64,000 bases of DNA from a phage. Each line of letters starts with the position of its first letter. Within the stretch, counting starts at the first letter, position 1. The stretch is taken from the sequence record PZ347661.1; one strand, given 5' to 3'. The notes below the pieces were generated by a model. It had not been told where the DNA came from. It searched no databases and saw nothing but the letters and a program-made list of their open reading frames with translations. Made by a program: the position numbers and the translations under genes. Shown here piece by piece: positions 8,433-17,387 of this stretch.

Positions 8433-9266
8433 ATGCCAACTTTGAAAGTAGGTTTTAACAAAACCACTAATGTTGCAACTGTACTGGATGCCAGTGGTTC
8501 TATCCCAGGTGGTTCCGTAGAAGTAGGAACCTTTGTACACCCAGATGCTACCTACCCAGATAGCTTAGTTATCTATCATGGTGTTCGTGACCTGCTGTAT
8601 AAACGTTCTGCTAAAGACCCTAGTAAAGAAGGCTCCTGGCCTAACAACATCGTAGATATGCAGTCTATCTCTATTGATATGAAAGCTACTCCACGACTGA
8701 TTATTGCTACTAAACTGCCTCGTGTAATCTCTGCTATCGAAGGTGAAGACATTAACTGGCACGTTGATGTAGCAGGTGGTAAAGCACCATTTACTTATAA
8801 ATGGCAATTCAAAGCTAATACCGCTGGTGCAGCATTCGCTGATATTAGCTCCAGTACTAACCCATCTGCTGCTACTGCAACATTGACTCTTAATGATGTA
8901 ACAGCTTCTTCTGCTGGTACTTATAAAGTGATTGTTACTGATGCTAATGGAACCACGGTAGAAGATGAGTCGCTGCTGGCTGTAGGTTATTATGAAGCAA
9001 GCTCTCTGGTAGCTACTCCTGCTTCACTGGCTCTGTCTGTTGCTGCTGATACTACTGATGGCAAAACCGTAACTATTGTTGCTATGCCTGTTGGTTCTTC
9101 TTCCGGTGCTTTGTCTATCAAGACTGCTCCAGATTCTGGTCGTGCTACGGCTACCATTGCTGGTAACGTACTGACAGTTAAACCAGTGGCTGCTGGTGAT
9201 GCTACTTCTGTAGTAGTTACCAATGGTACGGTAGATGTAACAATCCCTGTTACTGTTGCAGAGTAA
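8433..9266 (+). CDS. Ig-like domain protein, possible capsid decoration protein (N4 gp17-like, 277 aa)
   Basis: Thr/Ala/Val-rich beta-sandwich-like repeats (YKWQFKANTAG..., SAGTYKVIVTD); start trimmed to ATG with GAGG RBS; N4 encodes its decoration protein in this region. Confidence 0.55.
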   Translation: MPTLKVGFNKTTNVATVLDASGSIPGGSVEVGTFVHPDATYPDSLVIYHGVRDLLYKRSAKDPSKEGSWPNNIVDMQSISIDMKATPRLIIATKLPRVISAIEGEDINWHVDVAGGKAPFTYKWQFKANTAGAAFADISSSTNPSAATATLTLNDVTASSAGTYKVIVTDANGTTVEDESLLAVGYYEASSLVATPASLALSVAADTTDGKTVTIVAMPVGSSSGALSIKTAPDSGRATATIAGNVLTVKPVAAGDATSVVVTNGTVDVTIPVTVAE

Positions 9267-9288
9267 GAGTATTTCTTTTTGTGATTAT

Positions 9289-9313
9289 AGCCCTCCTTAG
9301 TGAGGGCTTTCTT
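9289..9313 (+). terminator. intrinsic terminator
   Basis: AGCCCTC-CTTAGT-GAGGGCT then TTCTT. Confidence 0.5.
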
Positions 9314-9333
9314 GTATATATAGGAGAGTAAAA

Positions 9334-9648
9334 ATGACCCAGAAATTACGTGTATGGCACATCCCCCAAGTGCCAATGAAGGCATTTCATGTAGAGACTG
9401 ATAGTCTTCAGGAAGCTGTTAAGATTAAGAATGCGCTAGCAGACTACGATCTATTCCAATATGAGAACAACGTCAAAGGCGATTATGCTAATGCTAACGG
9501 TATTGAGATGTGGGATGAGTCCCTCACTGACCAAGACCTTATTGATATGGAATTGGATGACCGTTGGGTAGATTGGTATATTGAAACTGAAGAATATTTC
9601 TTTGATGACCCAGAAGAGTATCTGAATTATCTAGCCAAGCAAGTATGA
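9334..9648 (+). CDS. hypothetical acidic protein (104 aa)
   Basis: ORF with GGAGAG RBS. Confidence 0.55.
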   Translation: MTQKLRVWHIPQVPMKAFHVETDSLQEAVKIKNALADYDLFQYENNVKGDYANANGIEMWDESLTDQDLIDMELDDRWVDWYIETEEYFFDDPEEYLNYLAKQV

Positions 9649-9694
9649 TTGCTTTATTTGGGGCTATAAACCCTGAAATAAAACCCTCAAGTTT

Positions 9695-9725
9695 GACCTC
9701 CCTATTGAAGGGAGGTCTTTTTTTG
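9695..9725 (+). terminator. intrinsic terminator
   Basis: GACCTCCC-loop-GGGAGGTC followed by TTTTTTT. Confidence 0.7.
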
Positions 9726-9749
9726 ACTTAAACATCCTGGAGCCAGGAA

Positions 9750-9938
9750 ATGTATAAAGAGATTGCATTTTTCTCATTCTTACTTGGTGGTTTAATAGGT
9801 GCAGGAATTGTAGCTATTTCTAATACCTACTTTGGTTCTACTCCAAACTCTCTAACACAAACCCTCAAGCATGAATGTGAATTGAATATCCCTCGTAATC
9901 AAAACTGTGTAATGCAGTTCGTACCGGAGAAAAAATGA
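9750..9938 (+). CDS. small membrane protein (62 aa)
   Basis: ORF with hydrophobic N-terminal helix. Confidence 0.45.
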   Translation: MYKEIAFFSFLLGGLIGAGIVAISNTYFGSTPNSLTQTLKHECELNIPRNQNCVMQFVPEKK

Positions 9939-10195
9939 ATATTCATAACCTACGTTTGGTTGAAAAACTGTATGAAGAATACAACGACAACCGGCAGCAA
10001 TTAGCTAGTTTGAAGAAGTCACCACATATGGTGAAAGTATCATTCAATGATACGGATTTAGGACTACAAGCCCGTACAAGAATACTTCCTGAACTACTGT
10101 CCTTTTATCAAAAGAGGATTGCTGTTTTAGAAAAACGCTTTGAGCATTTAGGCGTAGATTTATCACCACTCCCAGATGAAGGAGAAGAAGAGTGA
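9935..10195 (+). CDS. hypothetical protein (86 aa)
   Basis: ORF, overlap coupling. Confidence 0.5.
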   Translation: MNIHNLRLVEKLYEEYNDNRQQLASLKKSPHMVKVSFNDTDLGLQARTRILPELLSFYQKRIAVLEKRFEHLGVDLSPLPDEGEEE

Positions 10196-10401
10196 AAGTA
10201 ACAAATCGTTCTGAGAACAATGAGGTAACTTTCGGTGATGTAGAGCCTGCTAATGGTTTTATTTATAACCAGACAGTGTGTCTAAAGATTCACTTACCTG
10301 AAGGTAAACCTGCTGCTGTTGCTGTAGAAACTGGCAAATCATTCTATCTATCAGCAAATACATATGTAACACCAATAAACCTGGAAGGATATTACCTTTG
10401 A
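10192..10401 (+). CDS. hypothetical protein (69 aa, GTG start)
   Basis: ORF overlapping previous stop. Confidence 0.4.
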   Translation: MKVTNRSENNEVTFGDVEPANGFIYNQTVCLKIHLPEGKPAAVAVETGKSFYLSANTYVTPINLEGYYL

Positions 10402-10583
10402 AACTTACCCAGTCCCAAGCAATCTTCCTTCGTATGGTTCAAGGTGGTTCTGCCACCAGCAACCGTAATAACAAAACCGCACAGTCTCTTAAGAAGCTGG
10501 GCTTAGTACAGTTCAATACTGGTCTTGGGTGGTCATTAACCCCTATCGGTGTACTTCAACTTAACGAAATGAAAGGTAACTAA
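10398..10583 (+). CDS. hypothetical protein (61 aa, TTG start)
   Basis: ORF with GGAAGGA upstream. Confidence 0.35.
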   Translation: MKLTQSQAIFLRMVQGGSATSNRNNKTAQSLKKLGLVQFNTGLGWSLTPIGVLQLNEMKGN

Positions 10584-10913
10584 ATGAAAACTTTACTTAA
10601 AGGTATTGCAGTAGCCGCACTGATAGCTTTGGCCCCAAGTGCACAAGCAATTGAACCAGAACCAATTCTGGAAGGTGCTCAGGCTTATCTGGATGACACC
10701 CGTGATGCGTTCGGGCAAGGATTCTTCATGGGCAGTATGATCTCTTATATCGAGAGTACAAATAATTGCGTTCCTGAAGGTGTTAAGTATTCAGTCATTC
10801 TGCCTAAGATTGTCAAAGTAGTTATTTATGACTCTGCAATTCTCAAATTGAAGAATACATCTCAAATTGTTGTGTACTCAGTACACAAGGCATATCCCTG
10901 CACTAAATCTTAA
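10584..10913 (+). CDS. secreted/periplasmic protein with signal peptide (109 aa)
   Basis: N-terminus MKTLLKGIAVAALIALAPSAQA is a typical Sec signal with AQA cleavage site. Confidence 0.55.
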   Translation: MKTLLKGIAVAALIALAPSAQAIEPEPILEGAQAYLDDTRDAFGQGFFMGSMISYIESTNNCVPEGVKYSVILPKIVKVVIYDSAILKLKNTSQIVVYSVHKAYPCTKS

Positions 10914-10947
10914 TCAGTAATTCCATTAGCTTTAGGAGAGTAAGTAA

Positions 10948-12000
10948 ATGGCAAGCATTGACTCCTTGACTGTATGTAATTCACGTCAAGCTCGTAACTT
11001 TATTATCCGTGCCCTGAAAGCAGGTAACGTACCATTCCTGACTTCATCACCGGGCATGGGTAAATCTGCAATCATTCGTTCTATTGCAGAAGAATTTGGT
11101 ATGAAGCTGATAGACCATCGTCTGTCTACTTCTGCTCCAGAAGACCTTTCTGGCTTACCATTCCGCAATGGTGACCGTGCAGAGTTTATCCCATTCGCTG
11201 ACTTATTTCCTATTGAAGGGGATGCTGTACCGAAGGGTTATAATGGCTGGCTCCTGTTCCTCGATGAGTTCAACTCAGCTAAGAAAGAAGTAGTAGCTGC
11301 TGCATACAAACTGATTCTCGACCGTATGACTGGTCAGAAAAAACTACATCCTAATGTGATGATTGTCTGTGCAGGTAACAAAGCTACTGACCGTGCCATT
11401 GTTAACCCACTGGGTACTGCAATGCAGTCCCGTGTGGTTCACTTCGAAATGGAACTTAACTTCGACATCTTTGTTGAAGACGTAATGATTCCTCAGCAAT
11501 GGGATGAACGTCTGGTTGCATTCTTACATGCTAACCCCGGTTACCTGCATGACTTCGACCCGGCACATAAGAACAAAACATTCTGTTGTCCTCGTACCTG
11601 GGACTTTGTTAACAAAGACCTCAAGAACTTGCCAGAAGGTGCTCTGCCTGATGAAGATTCTATCTACTATGCAGGTCACGTTACTGCTGGTAAGGCTACA
11701 GAATTTGTTCAGTTTACCCAGGTGTACAATCGTATCATTACGATTGAGAAGGTAGTCAAAGACCCACTGGGCTGTGCACTACCGGATGATAACAACCTGT
11801 GTTGGGCTACTGTTAACCATCTGGCTAACAAAACTACTGAAGAGAACTTTGTTGATGTTCTTCGGTATATTGAACGCTTTAAAACGTTCACCCATAGGAT
11901 TCTATACTTCCGTACAGTAGGCAATGCATTACCAGATCTTCAGGCTACCCCTGAATGGCGTAAGGCTGCTGCTAATATCTCTCGCTACATTCACGGATAA
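10948..12000 (+). CDS. AAA+ ATPase, MoxR-like (350 aa)
   Basis: Walker A SPGMGKS and Walker B LLFLDEFN. Confidence 0.75.
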   Translation: MASIDSLTVCNSRQARNFIIRALKAGNVPFLTSSPGMGKSAIIRSIAEEFGMKLIDHRLSTSAPEDLSGLPFRNGDRAEFIPFADLFPIEGDAVPKGYNGWLLFLDEFNSAKKEVVAAAYKLILDRMTGQKKLHPNVMIVCAGNKATDRAIVNPLGTAMQSRVVHFEMELNFDIFVEDVMIPQQWDERLVAFLHANPGYLHDFDPAHKNKTFCCPRTWDFVNKDLKNLPEGALPDEDSIYYAGHVTAGKATEFVQFTQVYNRIITIEKVVKDPLGCALPDDNNLCWATVNHLANKTTEENFVDVLRYIERFKTFTHRILYFRTVGNALPDLQATPEWRKAAANISRYIHG

Positions 12001-12007
12001 TCACAAC

Positions 12008-13183
12008 ATGAACCAATTTCCTCAGCACACACTTAGTGATGAACAACTCATGCGTGAGTATGACCGTATTCAGGCCCAAGCCTTCCTGGGCAAGTCTGCT
12101 GCGTTCTTTGGTTCATTACTGTGTAGTCTTAAATTCTCATGGAAACGTGAGGATTGTCCCACTGCATGTACTGATGGGATAGAACTTCATTTCAACCCAG
12201 ACTTCTTTATCTGGATGTGTCCAGATGTAAGAGAAACAGTATTAATGCACGAACTATGGCATGTAGCATATCTACATGACATCCGTCGTGGAAGCCGTGA
12301 CCCGGAAGTCTGGAACCAGGCATGTGACCACTTCATTAACCTTCAGTTAGAAGAGGATGGTTACAAGTTCACTGGTATCGACAAGGGCATTTGCAAAGAC
12401 CCTAAATATAAAGATTGGGTCGAAGAAGACATCTACGATGACCTGATGAAGAACCCTCAGAAAAGGCAGAAGCCGTCAGGGGGTGCTGGAGCAGGTCTTG
12501 CTGGCGACATGAAATCCCCTACTTCGGGGCAGTCCCAGGGTGCTGTCGTCAACAACGTAGTACGTGCAATGCAGAGCCAGAAGATGGCTGGTGGACAGAT
12601 GCCCGGTAAGGGTGCTGGTCGTATGGAAGAGGTTATTACCCAATTCCTTAAACCAGTAGTTCCCTGGCAGGAAGTTCTGATAAACTTCTTTACCGACATT
12701 GATGACACCCATTATACGTGGGCCAGACCTAATCGTCGTTACACTGACATCTATCTACCTTCCATGGAAGATGATGAAGGACGCTTACGACACTTAGCCT
12801 ACTTTGAGGATGTATCTGGTTCCATTAGTAGTGATGACTCTCTGCGTTTTAACTCAGAGGTTGCTTACGTTAAGAGCCAATTCAATCCTAAGAAGATGTC
12901 CTTAATTACCTTCGACGATGTTATCCAGGAAGAAATAGACATCACTGAAGAAGATACTTTCGAAGAGATTAAGATTACTGGTCGTGGTGGTACAAACCTG
13001 GAACCAGTACGCGAATGGATTATTAAGAATAAGCCAACCGCTGCAATCATATTCTCCGATATGTATGTTCGCCCAATGGAAGAATTACCATTTGATATCC
13101 CCATCATCTGGTGTGTTCTGAATAATCCCAATGCTACCGTACCTTTTGGGGAGGTAGTTCATATCCCTAAAGGAATGAAATAA
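12008..13183 (+). CDS. zincin-like (HExxH) plus VWA-domain protein (392 aa)
   Basis: MHELWHVAYLH motif, Gly/Gln-rich linker, C-terminal DxSGS MIDAS-like motif (FEDVSGSISS); start trimmed to ATG at 12008. Confidence 0.6.
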   Translation: MNQFPQHTLSDEQLMREYDRIQAQAFLGKSAAFFGSLLCSLKFSWKREDCPTACTDGIELHFNPDFFIWMCPDVRETVLMHELWHVAYLHDIRRGSRDPEVWNQACDHFINLQLEEDGYKFTGIDKGICKDPKYKDWVEEDIYDDLMKNPQKRQKPSGGAGAGLAGDMKSPTSGQSQGAVVNNVVRAMQSQKMAGGQMPGKGAGRMEEVITQFLKPVVPWQEVLINFFTDIDDTHYTWARPNRRYTDIYLPSMEDDEGRLRHLAYFEDVSGSISSDDSLRFNSEVAYVKSQFNPKKMSLITFDDVIQEEIDITEEDTFEEIKITGRGGTNLEPVREWIIKNKPTAAIIFSDMYVRPMEELPFDIPIIWCVLNNPNATVPFGEVVHIPKGMK

Positions 13184-13689
13184 TGGTTGTTAACGGTAAT
13201 TCTCTATATCGTTCCTCTCAGTTGCTGGATGTTCCAGACCATAAGGTATCTGAACACGGTGTAAGCTATGGATTAGGTGAAGCTGGTTATGATATTCGTA
13301 TCAAACAAGATATTACCTTCTATCGCTTATTTGGGTTGATTCCAATGGTGAAGGTCGTTGATGGAAATCAAGTATCACGCCATCTCGGTAAGTTCACATT
13401 GGCTTCAGCAATTGAGAAGTTCAACATGTCCCCATCCTGTGTAGCTATCGTTCACGATAAGTCTACCTGGGCAAGACGTGCATTATCTGTGTTCAATACC
13501 GTAATAGAACCAGGATGGAAAGGGTATCTTACCCTCGAACTGGTCTATCATGGTCGCAAGAAATTGCATATCCCAGCTGGTTCTGGGATAGCTCAAGTAT
13601 TATTTCATCTGGTTCAGGAACCTGCTAATTACAATGGCAAGTATATGAACCAGGAAAACAAACCAGTAGCTGCAAGAAGCAGCAAATAA
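13183..13689 (+). CDS. dCTP deaminase / dUTPase-fold protein (168 aa)
   Basis: IEPGWKGYLTLEL motif typical of the Dcd/dUTPase superfamily. Confidence 0.6.
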   Translation: MVVNGNSLYRSSQLLDVPDHKVSEHGVSYGLGEAGYDIRIKQDITFYRLFGLIPMVKVVDGNQVSRHLGKFTLASAIEKFNMSPSCVAIVHDKSTWARRALSVFNTVIEPGWKGYLTLELVYHGRKKLHIPAGSGIAQVLFHLVQEPANYNGKYMNQENKPVAARSSK

Positions 13690-13698
13690 GGAAACAAC

Positions 13699-13908
13699 AT
13701 GTCAGTATTTCAAGTAACTCATGCAACCTCAGATGTACGTTTAACCATTAATGCTGCAAATGTAATTGCAGTAGAACAGATTCCACAGTCTGACCATGCA
13801 CGCGTCATATTTGTAGATAATAACTATATAGAAACCAAAGAAACCTATCGTTCAGTACGCAATTACCTGAAGAAAGCTCTTGCTCCTGCAAGCAAAGACG
13901 CTGAGTAA
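13699..13908 (+). CDS. hypothetical protein (69 aa)
   Basis: ORF with AGGAAAC RBS. Confidence 0.5.
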   Translation: MSVFQVTHATSDVRLTINAANVIAVEQIPQSDHARVIFVDNNYIETKETYRSVRNYLKKALAPASKDAE

Positions 13909-13920
13909 GTAGCTGCCTAA

Positions 13921-13946
13921 ATAGCCCAACATAGTTGGGCTATTTG
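13921..13946 (+). terminator. terminator-like hairpin
   Basis: TAGCCCAA-CATAG-TTGGGCTA then TTTG; short T tract. Confidence 0.45.
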
Positions 13947-13981
13947 TGAAGAAACTAACTCAACCTCACATAGGAACCATC

Positions 13982-14224
13982 ATGGAATCTTTAGCAGCAA
14001 TCCTTGTTTTCTTATTCATATTGGCTGTATACCTTATCCCTACTATCATTGCTTTTTCACGAGGCCATGTCTCTAAGTGGGGCATTGGTGTACTCAATAT
14101 CGTATTAGGCTGGTCACTGGTATTCTGGGTAGTAGCACTGATTTGGTCACTGTCCAACAAAGGGCAGAACCAGGTTACAAATGTAACCGTTGTTCAAACC
14201 AATGGTGGCAGTAAAACAGAGTAA
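13982..14224 (+). CDS. membrane protein with two TM helices (80 aa)
   Basis: ATG with AGGA RBS; hydrophobic segments. Confidence 0.5.
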   Translation: MESLAAILVFLFILAVYLIPTIIAFSRGHVSKWGIGVLNIVLGWSLVFWVVALIWSLSNKGQNQVTNVTVVQTNGGSKTE

Positions 14225-14296
14225 CTAATCGTAATAGTCTCATGAGGCTATTACTGGAAGTTACTTCCAGCTCATTGCTTATCCATCTCCTAATCC

Positions 14297-14323
14297 AAGC
14301 CCACCTAACCCGTGGGCTTTTTT
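14297..14323 (+). terminator. intrinsic terminator
   Basis: AAGCCCAC-loop-GTGGGCTT followed by TTTTT. Confidence 0.65.
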
Positions 14324-14339
14324 AATTACAGGTACTCTT

Positions 14340-14720
14340 ATGTCAAACAGACGAAATGGTAAGTCTATCCTGCAAGGACTGGACTTCAGTAAGCTGGAAC
14401 AAACTGCAATGCTTGCTTTAGGTAAAACTATCCATGACCAAGTGGAGAGTAAAATTGAATTAGATCTTTATGCAACAATGCAGACTCTTATTCAGAAAAA
14501 ATGGATTACTAGCAGACTTTTTCCTTCATACATTCCCCCAGAACCTCATCTGAAATCTAAGGTAGACCGAATCATAGATAAGTTCTGGCTTAACCCATAC
14601 GGGGATGATATGCAACTTTATCTGACTCAAATACAAAAGAATCCTCATACTAAGGATGTGTTCAAGGGTAAAAGTACTACCCATCACTACCCCTGGTATA
14701 GAAGAGGTAGTAAATACTAA
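14340..14720 (+). CDS. hypothetical protein (126 aa)
   Basis: ORF. Confidence 0.5.
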   Translation: MSNRRNGKSILQGLDFSKLEQTAMLALGKTIHDQVESKIELDLYATMQTLIQKKWITSRLFPSYIPPEPHLKSKVDRIIDKFWLNPYGDDMQLYLTQIQKNPHTKDVFKGKSTTHHYPWYRRGSKY

Positions 14721-15163
14721 TGCGTATCCCATTCCTAAGAAAAAGGGAACGAAATCCTGTTCTTTATAATAAAGGCATAGAGGATGAGTATGCACTCAAC
14801 AGTAAAGCTCGTTCCTACACAACAAAATTATTTATGGGGACTAAAAACCCTGATAGATTACTGGACTTTGTTTTTGAACAAGTCTTTATCATATACAGCT
14901 TAGCTATGACTGCTGGTTCACAAGAAGTAAGTGATAAGGCAAGAGATGCTCTCTGTATGCTCCGTAAAGAGTATGAAGCCCTCATGTATGAAGACTTGTA
15001 CTCCTTTAAAAAAGAAACCGCTGTAGCGTGTTCTGTGGCTCTTACTGAAGGTGTAGCAGTATTACAAGAACTACCTCGTAGTGAGTTTAAGCTGGTATAT
15101 GTTCAGGTTAAGAGAATCACAGAGACTAGAAGTGGTATCACCAACTATCTAAGGTCATTCTAA
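14720..15163 (+). CDS. hypothetical protein (147 aa)
   Basis: ORF, coupled to neighbours. Confidence 0.5.
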   Translation: MRIPFLRKRERNPVLYNKGIEDEYALNSKARSYTTKLFMGTKNPDRLLDFVFEQVFIIYSLAMTAGSQEVSDKARDALCMLRKEYEALMYEDLYSFKKETAVACSVALTEGVAVLQELPRSEFKLVYVQVKRITETRSGITNYLRSF

Positions 15164-16107
15164 TGATTAAGGCATCAGTAATTGCAGATTCTGTTCATCC
15201 AGAAACAGGAACTCGTATAACAACCTTTGAATTGGTTTATCCCCGATTCATTCACAGTGAGTTTATGACTCACCGTGTATTCAACCGTAATGCTTCGAGC
15301 AGTCGTGCTATTCCTACCTCTAAGCTTATCGAACAGGTTCGTAATGAACCAGTGATGCCAAGTCACTGGGGCAAGAACCAGAAAGGTATGCAAGCAGAGG
15401 AAGAACTCACTCCTATGGAGATTGGGGATGCCAAGTTTATCTGGGATAACGCTGCATCTGCTGCTGCTGTGTACGCTGAACAACTACGCCGTGGTCAGGT
15501 ACATAAGCAGATTGTTAACCGTATTCTGGAACCCTTCACGCATATTCGTGTAGTGGTAACTTCAACTAGCTGGGCTAATTTCTATGGACTGCGTGACCAC
15601 AAAGATGCACAACCAGAGATTCGTGAACTGGCTCAAGCAATGCGTAAGGCACATGAAGAAAGCACACCAAGAGCACTATCATATGGGCAATGGCATATGC
15701 CGTACATTACTCATATTGATCGTGTTGGGGCTTACAATTTCTGCAAACGCAATCGAGTTACACGCGATGAACCAAGTGATGCAGAAGTACATGGACTACT
15801 TCTTAAAGTAAGTGCTGCACGCTGTGCTCGTGCTTCCTATAACAACTTTGAAGGGCGACCTTCTACTATCGAAGAAGACCTTGGCTTATTTGCTAAGTTA
15901 GTGGAAAACCAACCTATTCATGCTTCTCCAACGGAACATCAAGCTACGCCTATGAACCTTAGTGAGAAGTACGTGAATAACATGAACCCAGTTACATGGG
16001 AACAAGGTGTTACATCCATGGATAAAGAAGGGAATCTGTACTCAGGTAACCTGCTTCACTTTATCCAATTCCGTAAATTAATTCCTGGTGAGACTATTAC
16101 TGAATGA
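15163..16107 (+). CDS. thyX: flavin-dependent thymidylate synthase ThyX-like (314 aa)
   Basis: EFMTHRVFNRNASSSRAIP resembles the ThyX RHR-x7-S signature (THR variant); inference from motif only. Confidence 0.55.
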   Translation: MIKASVIADSVHPETGTRITTFELVYPRFIHSEFMTHRVFNRNASSSRAIPTSKLIEQVRNEPVMPSHWGKNQKGMQAEEELTPMEIGDAKFIWDNAASAAAVYAEQLRRGQVHKQIVNRILEPFTHIRVVVTSTSWANFYGLRDHKDAQPEIRELAQAMRKAHEESTPRALSYGQWHMPYITHIDRVGAYNFCKRNRVTRDEPSDAEVHGLLLKVSAARCARASYNNFEGRPSTIEEDLGLFAKLVENQPIHASPTEHQATPMNLSEKYVNNMNPVTWEQGVTSMDKEGNLYSGNLLHFIQFRKLIPGETITE

Positions 16108-16343
16108 AAAAACTAGCTCTATACGCAATGCTAATTAGTACCTTACTTACACTAACCTACGCATACAAAGTTGCCTTTGTCGTAGAAACAGATATGCAGT
16201 TCATTCGAGCTAGTATTCTGTTCTTTGTAAGTGAAATTGGTTTATGGTGTGTCTACTACTTTGCTCGTGATTATGAAGCGATTCGTGAGCATGATGAAGC
16301 AAAGGAACGAATGAGACGCTTCATTGAAGAAAATAGTAAGTAA
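16104..16343 (+). CDS. small membrane protein (79 aa)
   Basis: Two hydrophobic helices; ATGA coupling. Confidence 0.5.
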   Translation: MKKLALYAMLISTLLTLTYAYKVAFVVETDMQFIRASILFFVSEIGLWCVYYFARDYEAIREHDEAKERMRRFIEENSK

Positions 16344-16348
16344 ACTTA

Positions 16349-16376
16349 AGACCTCCTCCGGGAGGTCTTTTTTTTG
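16349..16376 (+). terminator. intrinsic terminator
   Basis: GACCTCC-TCCG-GGAGGTC followed by TTTTTTTT. Confidence 0.7.
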
Positions 16377-16403
16377 GTTTCAATAACTGTCCCAGGAGGA
16401 CTT

Positions 16404-16628
16404 ATGGCAAGTTGGTATGCAACTATGTTGGAGAAAGACTCCAATGGAATATACAGAGAATCCGCAGGCAGTTTTAAAAACATCTGTATAGATGGGCGTT
16501 TATGCAAAATTAATGCAATAGACACTGCGGAAGAAATCCTGTCTAAAGAATCAGGGTATGCAGGATTCAAGTTAGAAAAACTTAGTAAAGCCTGGGATTA
16601 CAGAAATCCCATTGTTATTAAAAAATAA
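16404..16628 (+). CDS. hypothetical protein (74 aa)
   Basis: ATG with AGGAGG RBS. Confidence 0.45.
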   Translation: MASWYATMLEKDSNGIYRESAGSFKNICIDGRLCKINAIDTAEEILSKESGYAGFKLEKLSKAWDYRNPIVIKK

Positions 16629-16637
16629 GGAAACAAT

Positions 16638-16850
16638 ATGCCTGCTAAATATCGTATTAAAGACACTCCCGTAATGTGTGAGGGAGAAAAGGGTGACATT
16701 GTATATGCCTGTATCCAGGATGATTTCAATGCTGCTCTAATGTTAACCCAAATGACAAATACACTGCATGTATCAGTAACACTGGACCCTACCGGTGACT
16801 ATCCATGCTTCCCTATTCCTGCCCATAACCTGGAGCAAATTCATGATTAA
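16638..16850 (+). CDS. hypothetical protein (70 aa)
   Basis: ORF with AAGGAAAC RBS. Confidence 0.45.
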   Translation: MPAKYRIKDTPVMCEGEKGDIVYACIQDDFNAALMLTQMTNTLHVSVTLDPTGDYPCFPIPAHNLEQIHD

Positions 16851-17157
16851 CCCTGAAGTAATTCATAGTAAAACCGGTAAGGCTGTCCCGCTTAGTGAGA
16901 TTGCAGTAACTGGTGATATTGCTGCTTGTCCAGCTAACATCGCTTCTCTATGTATGTGCATTGCTGCATTAGCAGAAGAACGTAAATTATGGCTGGAACC
17001 AAGCAAGGAGATGGTACTGGCTGGTATGTCTGAACTGAATGCTCTTCTGAAAGAAATGTATGACGAGAATGGGCAATTAGTTGAACCTACTGATGACCAA
17101 ATTTCAGACACTGTAGTATTTGTACTACAAGCAATGGCGGAGAAACGAAATGGCTAA
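16843..17157 (+). CDS. hypothetical protein (104 aa)
   Basis: ATG with GGAGC RBS; overlaps previous stop. Confidence 0.45.
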   Translation: MINPEVIHSKTGKAVPLSEIAVTGDIAACPANIASLCMCIAALAEERKLWLEPSKEMVLAGMSELNALLKEMYDENGQLVEPTDDQISDTVVFVLQAMAEKRNG

Positions 17158-17344
17158 CGCTACAGTAAAAAACAAAAAACAATTCTCCATCACTATTGAT
17201 GGTTTATCTGAAGAAGATTTACTAATTCTGGCTAGTTTTATGCAAAACAGTCCTTTTGGTTACAGTCCTCATGAGGAACCGGAAAAAGAACGGGAATTAC
17301 GTAAAGTAATCTTTGAAGCCTGTAAATCGGCATTAGATTCTTAA
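17150..17344 (+). CDS. hypothetical protein (64 aa)
   Basis: ATG overlapping previous stop. Confidence 0.4.
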   Translation: MANATVKNKKQFSITIDGLSEEDLLILASFMQNSPFGYSPHEEPEKERELRKVIFEACKSALDS

Positions 17345-17387
17345 TAGTCATAACCAAGAAGCAACATTTAATCTGGAGAGTAAATAA

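Noticed and set aside
9645-9731. 28-codon ORF starting with ATGA overlap after the gene ending at 9648
   Set aside because: It runs through the stem of a strong intrinsic terminator, so it is most likely non-coding.
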